In this document: positions 8,679 through 18,566 of the stretch, piece after piece
Layout of the letters: each line of letters starts with the position of its first letter
How positions within the stretch are numbered: position 1 is the stretch's first letter
Origin: Alphaproteobacteria bacterium
GTDB lineage: Bacteria > Pseudomonadota > Alphaproteobacteria > JABAAW01
Direction of reading: 5' to 3'
Length of the DNA stretch: 62,790 bases
Assembly: GCA_014237925.1 (NCBI GenBank)
Contig: JABACB010000002.1
Span: 62,028 to 124,817, forward strand
Program-made: the position numbers and the translations under genes
Notes under the pieces: generated by a model
Told to the model about the DNA's origin: nothing
Databases searched by the model: none
Seen by the model: only the letters and a program-made list of their open reading frames with translations

Positions 8679-11600
8679 TTGAAAATCCCCCGCCACTACA
8701 CGCGCGCAGGCGAAAGCCCCTACGCCCGCATCCCCTTCCACCGCGTCACCGCCTCTCTCCGCTCCGCCACAGGCGACCTCGTCTTCGAACAACACAAAGT
8801 CGAAGTGCCAAAAAAATGGTCGCAAACCGCAACCGACATCCTCGCGCAAAAATACTTCCGCAGAAAAGGCATCCCGCATTTCCTCAAACGCATCCCAGAG
8901 AAAGACATCCCCCGCTTCGCACAACGCTCCGCCCCAGACACACAAAAACTGCAAACCCTCCCCGACGAACAACGATACACAGGAGAAACGAGCGCCAAAC
9001 AAGTCTTCTCCCGCCTCGCCGGAACCTGGACATATTGGGGAGCGCGCAACGGATACTTCGATTCCGACGAAGACGCTCAAGCTTTCTGCGACGAGATGCA
9101 ATTCATGCTGGCTTGTCAGATCGCCTCGCCTAACTCGCCGCAATGGTTCAATACAGGGCTATTCTGGGCATACGGCATCGAAGGACCGCCGCAAGGACAC
9201 TGGTACATCGACGAACAGACGAAAACCCCCGCCCTCGCTCAAACAGCCTACGAACGCCCGCAACCCCACGCCTGCTTCATCCAGTCGGTCAAAGACGACC
9301 TTGTCGGCGAAAGCGGCATCATGGATCTGTGGGTGCGCGAAGCGCGGCTTTTCAAGTACGGATCGGGAACAGGTAGCAACTTCTCCGATCTGCGCGGCGA
9401 AAACGAACCCTTGTCTGGCGGCGGATACTCGTCAGGACTCATGTCGTTTCTCAAGATCGGCGACCGCGCCGCAGGTGCGATCAAATCGGGCGGAACAACC
9501 CGCCGCGCCGCCAAGATGGTCGTCGTCGATATCGATCACCCCGACATCGAAGAGTTCATCGATTGGAAAGTACAAGAAGAACAAAAAGTCGCCTCGCTCG
9601 TCGTCGGAGCTCAACGTTGCCAGCAACACCTCGACAATGTGCTGGACGCAGCGCACAGCGGCGACATCCCGAAAAAACAACGGCACTTTGAAGCAACGAA
9701 CCCCCTGCTCGCCACAGCTCTTTCGGCTGCCCGCAAAGACCGCGTTCCCGAATCGATCCTCGTCAAAGTCCTGCAGAAAGCCCGCCAAGGCGAACGCCGC
9801 ATTCCCTTCTCAACCTTCGATACAGACTGGCAGGGCAACGCCTATCTCACCGTCTCGGGACAAAACGCCAACAACAGCGTTCGCGTGAGCGAACGCTTCC
9901 TCCAAGCCGTCGAGAACGACAAACCCTGGCAGCTGACCCGACGCACCGACGGCAAAACACACAAAACCCTCGCCGCACGAACGCTGTGGAAAAAAATCGC
10001 CGACGCCGCTTGGGCAAGCGCAGACCCAGGCATCCAGTTCGATACCACCATCAACGAATGGCACACCTGCCCGAACTCAGGACGCATCAACGCATCCAAT
10101 CCTTGCTCCGAATACATGTTTCTCGACGATACGGCTTGCAACCTCGCCTCCCTCAACCTCTTGAAATTCTGCACCGACAAAGGATTCCTCACCGATGCCT
10201 TCGCACACGCAACACGCCTGTGGACATGCACGCTGGAAATATCGGTCGCCATGGCGCAGTTCCCCTCGCAAGCCATCGCACGCAACTCCTACGACTTTCG
10301 AACGCTCGGACTCGGATTCGCCAACTTGGGCGGAGCTCTCATGAGCTTCGGCGTTCCCTACGACAGCACCGAAGGCAGAAGCTTTTGCGCCGCCGTCAGC
10401 TCGCTCATGAGCGGAACAGCCTACGAGACAAGCGCAGAAATGGCGCGCGAACTCGGCGTTTTTGCGCGATTCGAAGAAAACAGAGAGCCCATGCTGCGCG
10501 TCATGCGAAACCACCGCCGCGCCGCGCACGGAGAGAAACAAGGCTACGAAGGGTTGAGCCGTCCTCCCGTCGCTTTCGAAAGCTTATCGTGCCGCGACAA
10601 CGTGCTCGCCGCCGCTGCGCAAAAAGTTTGGGATCGCGTTCTCGAGAAAGGCGAGCAGCACGGTTTTCGCAACGCCCAAGTCAGCGTGATCGCACCGACA
10701 GGCACGATCGGTATCGTCATGGATTGTGCAACAACGGGAATCGAACCCGATTTCGCGCTCGTCAAAATGAAAAAACTCGCCGGCGGAGGAACGCTCAAGA
10801 TCGTCAATCCCACCCTCTCCGCAGCTCTGCAATCGCTCGGATACGACGAAGAAAGCACGCGCGCCATCGAACAAGCCGTTGCAGGCAGCGGCAAGCTCTC
10901 TTCGAACGAAAAAGGCGTGTCGCCAACAAAACCGTCGCGCGCAAAACCGTCGCGCGCAAAGCTGTCGCAGGAAAAACTGGAGCATGCAGGGCTTTCGAAA
11001 GAAGCCGTCAAAGCCGTCGAGCAAGCCTTGAAAAACGCCTTCCACATTCGCAACGCCTTCACGCCGCACACGCTGGGCGCGAAAGACTTCCAACGCCTTG
11101 TGGCGCGCAACGGCGATGTACTGGCGGCGCTCGGGCTTGACGCGCAAGAGATCGCGGACGCCAACACCGAGATTTGCGGAAGGCTCACCGTCGAAGGAGC
11201 GCCCTTGCTGAAAGACGAACATCTCGCCGTCTTCGACTGCGCAACGCCCTGCGGCGTCGAAGGGAAACGCAGCCTCTCCTGCGAAAGCCACCTTCGCATG
11301 ATGGCAGCAGCCCAACCCTTTGTATCGGGCGCTATCTCGAAGACCGTCAACATGCCGTACCACGCCACGCTCGAAGACTGCCAACACGCTTTCGAAACCT
11401 CGTGGAAGCTGGGGCTCAAAGCCAACGCGCTCTACCGCGACGGCTCGAAGCTTTCGCAGCCCATGACAACTTCTTCGCTCGGCGAAAGGGAAGCAGAGCC
11501 CGTAGCCGAGACGCAGGCGCAGATCCACAACCTCGCCGAGAAGCTCGCGCTCAACCTCTTCGAGCGTTACAAGAGGGCGCTGGAGGAAGAGCGGCAAGGA

Positions 11601-12338
11601 AGCAAAACGCCGCCGCGTGCACGCGGCGCACGCGATCGTCTGCCCGCGCGTCGCAAGAGCTACACGCAGAAAGCCGTCGTCGGAGATCACAAGGTCTATC
11701 TGCACACGGGCGAATACGAGGACGGATCGCTGGGAGAAATCTTCATCGACATGCACAAGGAAGGTGCCGCCTTTCGCTCTATGATGAACAACTTCGCCAT
11801 CGCCGTTTCTATCGGCTTGCAGTACGGTGTGCCGCTGCGGGAGTTCGTCGACGCCTTCACCTTCACGCGCTTCGAGCCAAGCGGCATCGTGCGCGAGAAC
11901 GCTTCGATCCGCCACGCCACCTCCATCCTCGACTACATCTTCCGCGAGCTCGCCATCAGCTACTTGGGACGCGACGACTTGGGACACATCTTGCTGCCGG
12001 ACGGCGACTTCACAGGACTCGGCAAGGGCAAGGACGAGGGACGTCTCAGCGAGGAGACAAGGGCAGCCATCGACCACCTGACCAAACTCACCAGCAGCGG
12101 CTATGTACGCCGCGAACTCACGGCACGACGCAATGGAAACGGTAATGGTAATGGCAACGGCAACGGTAATGGCAATGGCAGTGGTGAGGGCAACAGCGCA
12201 GAGGGCGTGATGTTGCAGGCAAAAACGATGGACGAAGGAATCGGCGATTCCTGCGACTACTGCGGGCATATCACCCTTGTGCGTAGCGGCTCATGCTACG
12301 CTTGCACAACCTGCGGGCAGACGACGGGCTGCAGCTAG
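8679..12338 (+). CDS. nrdJ: Class II (adenosylcobalamin-dependent) ribonucleotide reductase
   Basis: [42 protein letters not shown] and a C-terminal CxxC..CxxC-GCS. TTG start. Confidence 0.97.
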   Translation: MKIPRHYTRAGESPYARIPFHRVTASLRSATGDLVFEQHKVEVPKKWSQTATDILAQKYFRRKGIPHFLKRIPEKDIPRFAQRSAPDTQKLQTLPDEQRYTGETSAKQVFSRLAGTWTYWGARNGYFDSDEDAQAFCDEMQFMLACQIASPNSPQWFNTGLFWAYGIEGPPQGHWYIDEQTKTPALAQTAYERPQPHACFIQSVKDDLVGESGIMDLWVREARLFKYGSGTGSNFSDLRGENEPLSGGGYSSGLMSFLKIGDRAAGAIKSGGTTRRAAKMVVVDIDHPDIEEFIDWKVQEEQKVASLVVGAQRCQQHLDNVLDAAHSGDIPKKQRHFEATNPLLATALSAARKDRVPESILVKVLQKARQGERRIPFSTFDTDWQGNAYLTVSGQNANNSVRVSERFLQAVENDKPWQLTRRTDGKTHKTLAARTLWKKIADAAWASADPGIQFDTTINEWHTCPNSGRINASNPCSEYMFLDDTACNLASLNLLKFCTDKGFLTDAFAHATRLWTCTLEISVAMAQFPSQAIARNSYDFRTLGLGFANLGGALMSFGVPYDSTEGRSFCAAVSSLMSGTAYETSAEMARELGVFARFEENREPMLRVMRNHRRAAHGEKQGYEGLSRPPVAFESLSCRDNVLAAAAQKVWDRVLEKGEQHGFRNAQVSVIAPTGTIGIVMDCATTGIEPDFALVKMKKLAGGGTLKIVNPTLSAALQSLGYDEESTRAIEQAVAGSGKLSSNEKGVSPTKPSRAKPSRAKLSQEKLEHAGLSKEAVKAVEQALKNAFHIRNAFTPHTLGAKDFQRLVARNGDVLAALGLDAQEIADANTEICGRLTVEGAPLLKDEHLAVFDCATPCGVEGKRSLSCESHLRMMAAAQPFVSGAISKTVNMPYHATLEDCQHAFETSWKLGLKANALYRDGSKLSQPMTTSSLGEREAEPVAETQAQIHNLAEKLALNLFERYKRALEEERQGSKTPPRARGARDRLPARRKSYTQKAVVGDHKVYLHTGEYEDGSLGEIFIDMHKEGAAFRSMMNNFAIAVSIGLQYGVPLREFVDAFTFTRFEPSGIVRENASIRHATSILDYIFRELAISYLGRDDLGHILLPDGDFTGLGKGKDEGRLSEETRAAIDHLTKLTSSGYVRRELTARRNGNGNGNGNGNGNGNGSGEGNSAEGVMLQAKTMDEGIGDSCDYCGHITLVRSGSCYACTTCGQTTGCS

Positions 12339-12347
12339 AGGTTGCAG

Positions 12348-13142
12348 CTAGAGCTTGGCGGAGGGGAGAGGGGGGACGCGCTCGTTTGATTCGGCGCGAG
12401 AGAAATAGTGCGCGACGAAGGGCAATGTGATCTTGCGTTGGTGCGCAAGGCTCAGGGAATCGAGCTCTTCGGCGATGGCGTGGTGTGCGCGAAAGCTGCG
12501 CTCGATACGACGGTGCACATAGGCAATTACGCGCGCATCCACTTCCAGCTGGCGCGTGCGAAAGATGCTCGCCAAAAGACGCGCGCTGTCGTCGTCGCTT
12601 GGATCTCCGATGCGGAGGACGGCAACCGCGCGCATGCGCGAGCGTAGATCCGCTAAGGAGAATCGCCATCGGCTCGGCTCGCTCCGCGCCGTGATCAACA
12701 GAGAACCCTTCGTGGCGTGCTTAACCTCGTTGTAGAGGGCGTAGAGCTTTCGCTCCAAGCTCAGTGCCATGCCTTGGGCTGGATCCTCGTCGGCGGAAAA
12801 ATCGAGCCACAAGGGTTTGTCCGGCAAAGACAAATCCTTGGACAAGTCCTGGACGCTTTGCAGCAAGGAGGGCGAAAGCGCGCGCGCACCGTTGCGTGCG
12901 CGCCATATTTCGCCCAAGTGCGACTTGCCACATTTGGCAGGTCCGCACAAGGCTTCGATGCGCGGCATGCCGTGCGCGCACGAAGATGGTCGAAGGATTT
13001 GCTCGCAGGGTCGTGCGTGATGCCATGCGAGCAAGGCATCCAACGCCTCGCCGTTGGCTTGCAGACGCAAGAAATGTTTTTCTTCAAATCCCTCGTTGCG
13101 CGTCTCAGGCAGGGGGAGGCTTTGTTGCTCGGCTTGTGCCAC
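12348..13142 (-). CDS. hdaA: DnaA regulatory inactivator Hda/HdaA
   Basis: N-terminal clamp-binding QQSLPL, GPAKCGKSHL Walker A, DLRSRM; follows the AI-2E gene as in other alphaproteobacteria. Confidence 0.88.
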   Translation of the reverse strand: MAQAEQQSLPLPETRNEGFEEKHFLRLQANGEALDALLAWHHARPCEQILRPSSCAHGMPRIEALCGPAKCGKSHLGEIWRARNGARALSPSLLQSVQDLSKDLSLPDKPLWLDFSADEDPAQGMALSLERKLYALYNEVKHATKGSLLITARSEPSRWRFSLADLRSRMRAVAVLRIGDPSDDDSARLLASIFRTRQLEVDARVIAYVHRRIERSFRAHHAIAEELDSLSLAHQRKITLPFVAHYFSRAESNERVPPLPSAKL

Positions 13143-13154
13143 ATCGCCGCTCTG

Positions 13155-14294
13155 TCAGGGGTTGCGTCTGTGCTCGTCGATGTGGGCTACGATCGCACGG
13201 AGCGTGGCGCCTGCGGGCAAGGCGAGCAGGATTCCTGCAAAGCCCGCAAGCTCGCCGCCGGCGAGCACGAAGAAGACGACCCACAGCGGATGAAGACCGA
13301 CGCGCTTGCCTATCCAGCGCGGTGTGAGAAAGTAGCTTTCTAGCAACTGTCCGACGACGAAGACGAGCAGCGTCAGCAGCAGAGGTAAGGCGAAACCGCC
13401 TTGCACATAGGCGACGACGAGGGCGATGCCTGCTCCCAGAAGGGTGCCGACATAGGGCAGAAGCATCAGCAGTCCCGAGGTGATACCGATGGCAAATCCG
13501 TAGGGCAGCCCTATCAGCGAGAGTAGGGTTGCATAGAAGAGTGCCATCGTGCCTAGCACGGCGGCTTGCCCGCGAATCAGCGCCGAAAGAGTCTCGTCGA
13601 TGCGGCGGAAGAGCGCAAACAAATGTTCTTCCGCGCGCGGAATGCGTTTGCGACAGGCTTGCATCGCTTGCGTCCAGTCCTTCAGAAGGTAGAAGGTGGC
13701 AAACGGCACGAGCGCAAACCACGACAGCACCGCCACCACCGACGAGGTTTGTTGTCCCAGCGTCTGTAGCGCTTGCGAGAGCAGGCGCAAGACAGGCTTG
13801 GTAAGGCTGTGCCATTGCGAGAGATTCGGCAACAAGCTCGGATTGAGGTCTCTCACGCTCTCCCAAGCGGGCAGAAGAAGTTCTTGCCATCGTTGCACCC
13901 AAGAGAACTCTTGCGCTTTGCGTTGCAGGGTCGTTGCGATGTTCGGCAAGGCCGCGGTCAGCTCCAATGTCTCGCGCAGAAGGGCGGGCAGCGTTGCAGA
14001 GAGCAACAGGACGAGCAGCGCGAGCAACGCGAGCGTCAGCAGAAAAGCAGCAAGCGCGCGTGCGAGTTGAAGGGATGCAATCCTTGCCAGACGCTTCGTG
14101 AGACGCGCACAAAGGGGGTTCAGCATCCACGCCAGCACGAAGGCGAAGATGAAGGGCGCAAGAATGTTGCCCAGCAGCAGAAATAGGAGGGTCAGGCTTG
14201 AAAGCCATGCAAGCCACCACAAGATGCGCGTCCAGCGTGCGGCGCGCACCGTGGTGGCGAGGGTGCTTCTTCGCTCGGCTTTCGGGGTTGTCAT
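13155..14294 (-). CDS. AI-2E/PerM family transporter
   Basis: LLPYVG, QLLESYFLTPRWIGKRVGLHP, GILLALP motifs. Confidence 0.93.
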   Translation of the reverse strand: MTTPKAERRSTLATTVRAARWTRILWWLAWLSSLTLLFLLLGNILAPFIFAFVLAWMLNPLCARLTKRLARIASLQLARALAAFLLTLALLALLVLLLSATLPALLRETLELTAALPNIATTLQRKAQEFSWVQRWQELLLPAWESVRDLNPSLLPNLSQWHSLTKPVLRLLSQALQTLGQQTSSVVAVLSWFALVPFATFYLLKDWTQAMQACRKRIPRAEEHLFALFRRIDETLSALIRGQAAVLGTMALFYATLLSLIGLPYGFAIGITSGLLMLLPYVGTLLGAGIALVVAYVQGGFALPLLLTLLVFVVGQLLESYFLTPRWIGKRVGLHPLWVVFFVLAGGELAGFAGILLALPAGATLRAIVAHIDEHRRNP

Positions 14295-15610
14295 GGCAAA
14301 ACGGAATCGGTGTTGAAATCGTTGCTTTCGCCAGTCTTGAGAAGTGTTACGGCGAGATCGCCTCCCTTCAACGCGCTGACTTGGAGACCTCGTCGTGACA
14401 AGGCCGCTTTCAACAGGCTTGGCGAGCCGTAGTGGTGTGCAACAACATGCGCCTGTCGTGCAGACAGGCTTCGCAAGCCGTACTCGACGAGCTCCGGCGT
14501 TGCGGAAAGCAAGTTGTCAACAGCTCCCCACTCCTCGCGCGAGCTGAGCTCGGCTACGATACGCAACTTGCGGCGTTTTGCCGCGTGCGCCGTCTGCTCC
14601 TTCCAAAGGCGATTCAGACGATACAACGTCTCGGTGCGCGCTTGCTTCAGCAAGGGGGCAAGCAGGGCGGCATGAGAATCGGCAAGGGGGGCGGCAGGAG
14701 AATCGGCAGGAGAATCGGCAGGAGAATCGGCAGGAGAATCGGCAGGAGAATCGACAGGAGAATCGGCAGAAGAATCGACAGGAGAATCGGCAAGGGGGTC
14801 GGCAAGAGGAGACAACGGACTCTTGCTCGTGCTGTCCATCGCGACCGAGAAAGGAGGCAGCTCAGAAGGAAATCCCCGCTGGTTCAAACGGCCGCTCACG
14901 CTCAAAGTGAGGACGGAAGGATTGTTCTCGTCGGTGTGCGTCGTTGCCAAAAGCACGGCGATTCCTTGCGCACGATACTGTTCGGCGAGCAGAGCAGCCT
15001 GCATCGATTGCAAGTCCTTGACGGCATCGAGCACGGCGAGTCTTTCGGCGGCGTTCGCCTCGATCGGCGTGATCGGCACCAGCCAGCTTTTGTCGGTGCT
15101 TTCCGTTTTCCACGCGCTCAGCCACAGGTTTTGCGGCGGCCACAATTCTGTTGCTCCTGCCCGCACGAAGACGGGAATCAGCACGAACGAGGGCGCGACG
15201 GTAAAGGAGACTTGCAGCCCTTCCTTGTTGAGACGCGCGAAAAGACGCTCCAAGACGAAACGGACGCTGGCTTGTCCTGTAAAATGTTCGCCGTCGAAGT
15301 CTGCGATTTCCACGATCAGCGTCTCGCTGAGCGCGCGAATCTGTTTTTCAGACAAGCTTTGTGCGAGGGCTTGCGCGCGTTCTTCGTCGACGACGAATCG
15401 ATGCAACACCTCTGCGAAGGTTGTGCGCAGGGCGAGACGCGCTGCTTTCTTCTTGCCTTCGTTCTCGCTGGTGGCATTGACATTGACGGGCAGCGAGACG
15501 AACAGCGCTTCTTCGAGGCGATTCTGCTGTGCAAACGCACTTGCAGGCAGAAGAAACGGCGGGAGAAGAAAAAGAAGGAAAGGAAGAAAGCGAAGAAGAC
15601 GAGGCGACAT
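14291..15610 (-). CDS. DUF2066-like exported protein with internal (DSPA)n linker
   Basis: Signal peptide (ASAFAQ), VLIPVF..WPPQNLWLSAW; conserved position between purM and AI-2E/hdaA. Confidence 0.7.
   Translation of the reverse strand: MSPRLLRFLPFLLFLLPPFLLPASAFAQQNRLEEALFVSLPVNVNATSENEGKKKAARLALRTTFAEVLHRFVVDEERAQALAQSLSEKQIRALSETLIVEIADFDGEHFTGQASVRFVLERLFARLNKEGLQVSFTVAPSFVLIPVFVRAGATELWPPQNLWLSAWKTESTDKSWLVPITPIEANAAERLAVLDAVKDLQSMQAALLAEQYRAQGIAVLLATTHTDENNPSVLTLSVSGRLNQRGFPSELPPFSVAMDSTSKSPLSPLADPLADSPVDSSADSPVDSPADSPADSPADSPADSPAAPLADSHAALLAPLLKQARTETLYRLNRLWKEQTAHAAKRRKLRIVAELSSREEWGAVDNLLSATPELVEYGLRSLSARQAHVVAHHYGSPSLLKAALSRRGLQVSALKGGDLAVTLLKTGESNDFNTDSVLP
14669..14800. repeat. 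12-bp tandem repeat x11 (GGCAGGAGAATC), coding (DSPA/DSPV)
   Basis: Units read directly at 12-bp period from 14669. Confidence 0.95.
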
Positions 15611-15673
15611 GGCAGAAATTTCTCGTACAGAGAGCAATACCTCCATCATACAACAAGATTTCCAAAAAAAAGA

Positions 15674-15694
15674 TGGGGATAACTTTGTGGAATT
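15674..15694. promoter_or_regulatory. Two imperfect DnaA-box-like sites upstream of the DUF2066-AI-2E-hdaA operon and purM
   Basis: TGGGGATAA (1 mismatch) and TGTGGAATT (mismatched) spaced 12 bp apart. Confidence 0.4.
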
Positions 15695-15992
15695 TTAGAG
15701 GCAAGAAGATAGGCAAGCGGAGTGCGCGTAAGCGCACAACTCTCGAAGGGGTATGCGCGAAGAGCGCAGTCTCGGACGATAAAGCGCGTTTTGTAGAAAT
15801 GCGCAACCAGCCCAGCAACGCAGCAAAATCTTGCGTTTTCGTACTATTGTCGACATTCTCTCGAACAGAAGGCTTGAAAACAGAAGGCTTGAAAAGAAAC
15901 GAGGTAGCAAAAAGACAGCAAATAGTGCTAAAAACAATAAGAGGCTTGCTGAAAGCAGGCTAAAGAAGTTGCGGATCACCTTTGTTGTTCTT

Positions 15993-17060
15993 ATGGACTT
16001 TAGGACTGAGTCCTCTTCTCTGACATATCTTGAATCAGGGGTCGATGTCGAGGAAGGGAATCGCTTCGTCGAGAAGACGCTCGCTCCGCTTGCTCGTCGG
16101 ACGAGCGAGGCTGCATCCTTTCCCCCGCAAGCCGTGTCGTCGCTCGGAGGGTTCGGCGCGTCGTTCGACCTGAAAGCAACAGGGCTACGCGATCCGATCC
16201 TTGTGATGGCGTGCGACGGTGTCGGCACGAAGTTGCGCCTTGCCATCGAAGCGCAGTCTTGCGAAGGCATAGGAATCGACTTGGTCGCTATGTGCGCAAA
16301 CGACTTGCTTGCAGACGGCGCACGCGCTCTGGCATTTCTCGACTACTTCGCCTATTCGTCCGTCTCGCCGAGCTTGCAGAAGCAGGTCATGGAATCCATC
16401 GCCGAGGGTTGCGCCGAGGCGGGTTGCGCGCTCATCGGTGGCGAGACCGCGCAGATGCCGAAATTCTATCGCAAAGGGGATTTCGACCTCGCAGGCTTTG
16501 TGCTTGGCGCAGTCGAGCGCGAATCTCCCTTTCGCCATGCACGCGTGGAGAAAGACGACAGGCTTTTTGTCGTCCCCTCCAGCGGCGTGCATGCCAACGG
16601 CTTTTCGCTCGTGCGTGCGGTGCTGGAAAAGAATCCCGCGCTCAAAGGCGACAAGAAGTTTATCCAAACTCTGCTGAAGCCCACGCGCATCTACAGCAAG
16701 CTCTGTGCGCCGTGGATCGAACGAGGACTGGTATCGGGGATCGCGCATATCACGGGCGGAGGGATCGGGGACAACCTGCCGCGCATCTTGCAATGCGGAC
16801 AAATCGCGACGATCGATATGCGTCGACTGGAGCGTCCTGAAGTCTTTGTGCGCTTGCAGCAGGCGGGCAACATCACCGAGAAAGAAATGCGTCGCGTCTT
16901 CAACTGCGGTGCGGGACTTGTCGTCGCTGTGCCTCCGTCCAAGTGTTGCGATTTTCTTGCGTCGGCGGCGAACGAGAATGAGAATGTCATCGAAGTTGGC
17001 ATCGTCACGGATACGGGCGATTCCAACGCCAAGCCCTTCGTCGAGTTTCAGAACGGATAA
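15993..17060 (+). CDS. purM: Phosphoribosylformylglycinamidine cyclo-ligase (AIR synthase)
   Basis: TYLESGVD, DGVGTKL, GIDLVAMCAND, GGETAQMP, SSGVHANGFSL, AHITGGG. Confidence 0.97.
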   Translation: MDFRTESSSLTYLESGVDVEEGNRFVEKTLAPLARRTSEAASFPPQAVSSLGGFGASFDLKATGLRDPILVMACDGVGTKLRLAIEAQSCEGIGIDLVAMCANDLLADGARALAFLDYFAYSSVSPSLQKQVMESIAEGCAEAGCALIGGETAQMPKFYRKGDFDLAGFVLGAVERESPFRHARVEKDDRLFVVPSSGVHANGFSLVRAVLEKNPALKGDKKFIQTLLKPTRIYSKLCAPWIERGLVSGIAHITGGGIGDNLPRILQCGQIATIDMRRLERPEVFVRLQQAGNITEKEMRRVFNCGAGLVVAVPPSKCCDFLASAANENENVIEVGIVTDTGDSNAKPFVEFQNG

Positions 17061-17073
17061 CGGCTCGTCAGCG

Positions 17074-17670
17074 CTGAAGCGCCGAGTCGCCGTGCTGATC
17101 TCAGGGCGGGGGTCGAATCTGCACGCTTTGATAGAAGCAGCTCGCAAGCCGTCGTCTCCTTTCTCCATCGTTTTCGTCGTCGCCGACCGCGAGGCGCATG
17201 GTTGCCAAATCGCCGAAAAGGCGGGAATTCCTACCCAAATAGTCGCCTACGAAAAGCGGGGAAAGAAAGAAGCCGAGCAGGAAATCGATCGCATGCTCGG
17301 CGAACGCGCTGTGGAGATCGTCTGCCTTGCAGGGTTCAAGCGTTTGCTTTCGCCGTGGTTTGTCGAGCGCTGGCGGCGGCGTATTCTCAACATTCATCCC
17401 TCGCTGCTGCCGCAGTTGCGCGGGCTTGCGACCCATCGCCGCGCGCTTGCCGAGGGGCATCGGCAGCACGGATGCAGCGTCCATATCGTCACTGAAAAGC
17501 TGGACGCAGGCGAAATCCTCGGACAAGAGAAGTTGAGCGTCAAGAAGGACGAATCGCCCGAAAGCCTCGAAGCTCGCGTGCTCGCATTGGAGCATCAACT
17601 CTATCCGCGCGTGCTTGCAGACTATGCGGGCTCGCTTGTTTGTGGGACAGGGAGGGAAGGAGGAGCGTAG
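17074..17670 (+). CDS. purN: Phosphoribosylglycinamide formyltransferase (start uncertain: CTG 17074 or ATG 16984)
   Basis: VAVLISGRGSN, LAGF, LNIHPSLLP, HGCSVH, LDAGEI, EHQLYP. Confidence 0.94.
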   Translation: MKRRVAVLISGRGSNLHALIEAARKPSSPFSIVFVVADREAHGCQIAEKAGIPTQIVAYEKRGKKEAEQEIDRMLGERAVEIVCLAGFKRLLSPWFVERWRRRILNIHPSLLPQLRGLATHRRALAEGHRQHGCSVHIVTEKLDAGEILGQEKLSVKKDESPESLEARVLALEHQLYPRVLADYAGSLVCGTGREGGA

Positions 17671-18437
17671 CGGAAGAAAAAGAAGCAGGCGGAAGACGAC
17701 GACAGCGTGCCGAGAGGGACAAAGTCTTCTCCCAGCGACAGAGACGGTTCTCGCTTTGCTGCACGCTGAAAGACGATGAGCGCGCTTTCGGAAAACCATC
17801 CTTGTTTGGCAAAGGCTGCAGGGGATCGGACAGCCTCTTCCATGGGCATGGCGTAGGGGGGGTCGAAGAAAGCGAGCTTGACCGTTCCTCGATCGTGCAG
17901 CGTGCGCGAGGCGCGCGGTGCGAGCGCGTCAGCACAGAAGACTTGTCCGTTGAGACCGCTTCGTTCGATATTGTCGCGCAATGTTTGGGCGGTGGCAGCG
18001 TCCTTTTCGAAAAAGGCGCCGCGCCTTTTGTTGTATCCGCGGTTACATTCTTGCCAGCGACTGAGTGCTTCCAACCCCAACGCGCCGCTGCCGGCGAAGG
18101 CGTCCAACAGCCAGAGGTCGTCTTCTGTAGGAGAAGCATTGCTTGCAGAGTCTTGGGTCGGCATCAACGCTGCGCGCAGGGCGGGGCGGTGTGTGAGGGT
18201 ATCGAAGAGCGCTTTGCGTGCACGAGCCGCTGTCGGGCGCATTCCTTCTTCGCTGTGTGTTTTTAGAAGCAAGCCGCGTCGAGTGCCGCCGAGCAGGCGG
18301 GGGGCGGGGAGGCCATTGCGGAGCGGGGACGAGCGTCGCACGAGGGGTAGAAAATCAACAAGGAGGACGCGGCGGAAGGAGACAGATGATTGTAGGCGAA
18401 ACTTTGCACGAGCGCGAAGCACTTCACGACACTTCAC
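17622..18437 (-). CDS. rsmD: 16S rRNA m2G966 methyltransferase (start uncertain)
   Basis: RLLGG..RPT, LDAFAGSGALGLEALSR, FFDPPY. Confidence 0.9.
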   Translation of the reverse strand: MKCREVLRARAKFRLQSSVSFRRVLLVDFLPLVRRSSPLRNGLPAPRLLGGTRRGLLLKTHSEEGMRPTAARARKALFDTLTHRPALRAALMPTQDSASNASPTEDDLWLLDAFAGSGALGLEALSRWQECNRGYNKRRGAFFEKDAATAQTLRDNIERSGLNGQVFCADALAPRASRTLHDRGTVKLAFFDPPYAMPMEEAVRSPAAFAKQGWFSESALIVFQRAAKREPSLSLGEDFVPLGTLSSSSACFFFFRYAPPSLPVPQTSEPA

Positions 18438-18474
18438 TCAAGCGCGACACTTCGTCTCACGCAACAAGCTGCAT

Positions 18475-18525
18475 CATCAAGTTTGTATCACCAAGCTTGT
18501 GTCATCAAGTTTGTATCATCAAGCG
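18475..18525. repeat. Intergenic 14-bp tandem repeat x~3.6 (CATCAAGTTTGTAT)
   Basis: Units at 18475, 18489, 18503 and a partial unit at 18517. Confidence 0.85.
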
Positions 18526-18566
18526 TTTTGCTAGGTTGAGGTCTGTGGTGCGTCTTGTGTTTTCGA

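Noticed and set aside
8460-8680. Cobalamin riboswitch or NrdR box before nrdJ
   Set aside because: No B12-box elements (GGGAA..GCCACTG) and no ACACWATATATWGTG-like palindrome were found.
6900-10300. Skew caused by sequencing damage or consensus error
   Set aside because: The changes are largely synonymous, catalytic motifs and reading frames are intact, and gradients span kilobases. Read-level confirmation is still needed.
10584-12269. Long antisense or alternative-frame ORFs (also 22334..24007, 50484..51650, 57755..59629)
   Set aside because: These are shadows of well-conserved genes in GC-rich DNA, with no motifs of their own.
8679-12338. Intein or intron in nrdJ
   Set aside because: The ORF is continuous with no Hint or LAGLIDADG motifs; ~1200 aa is normal for the long alphaproteobacterial form.
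15529-15963. 144-aa ORF across the purM promoter region
   Set aside because: It overlaps the DUF2066 start on the opposite strand, has low-complexity composition and no motif.
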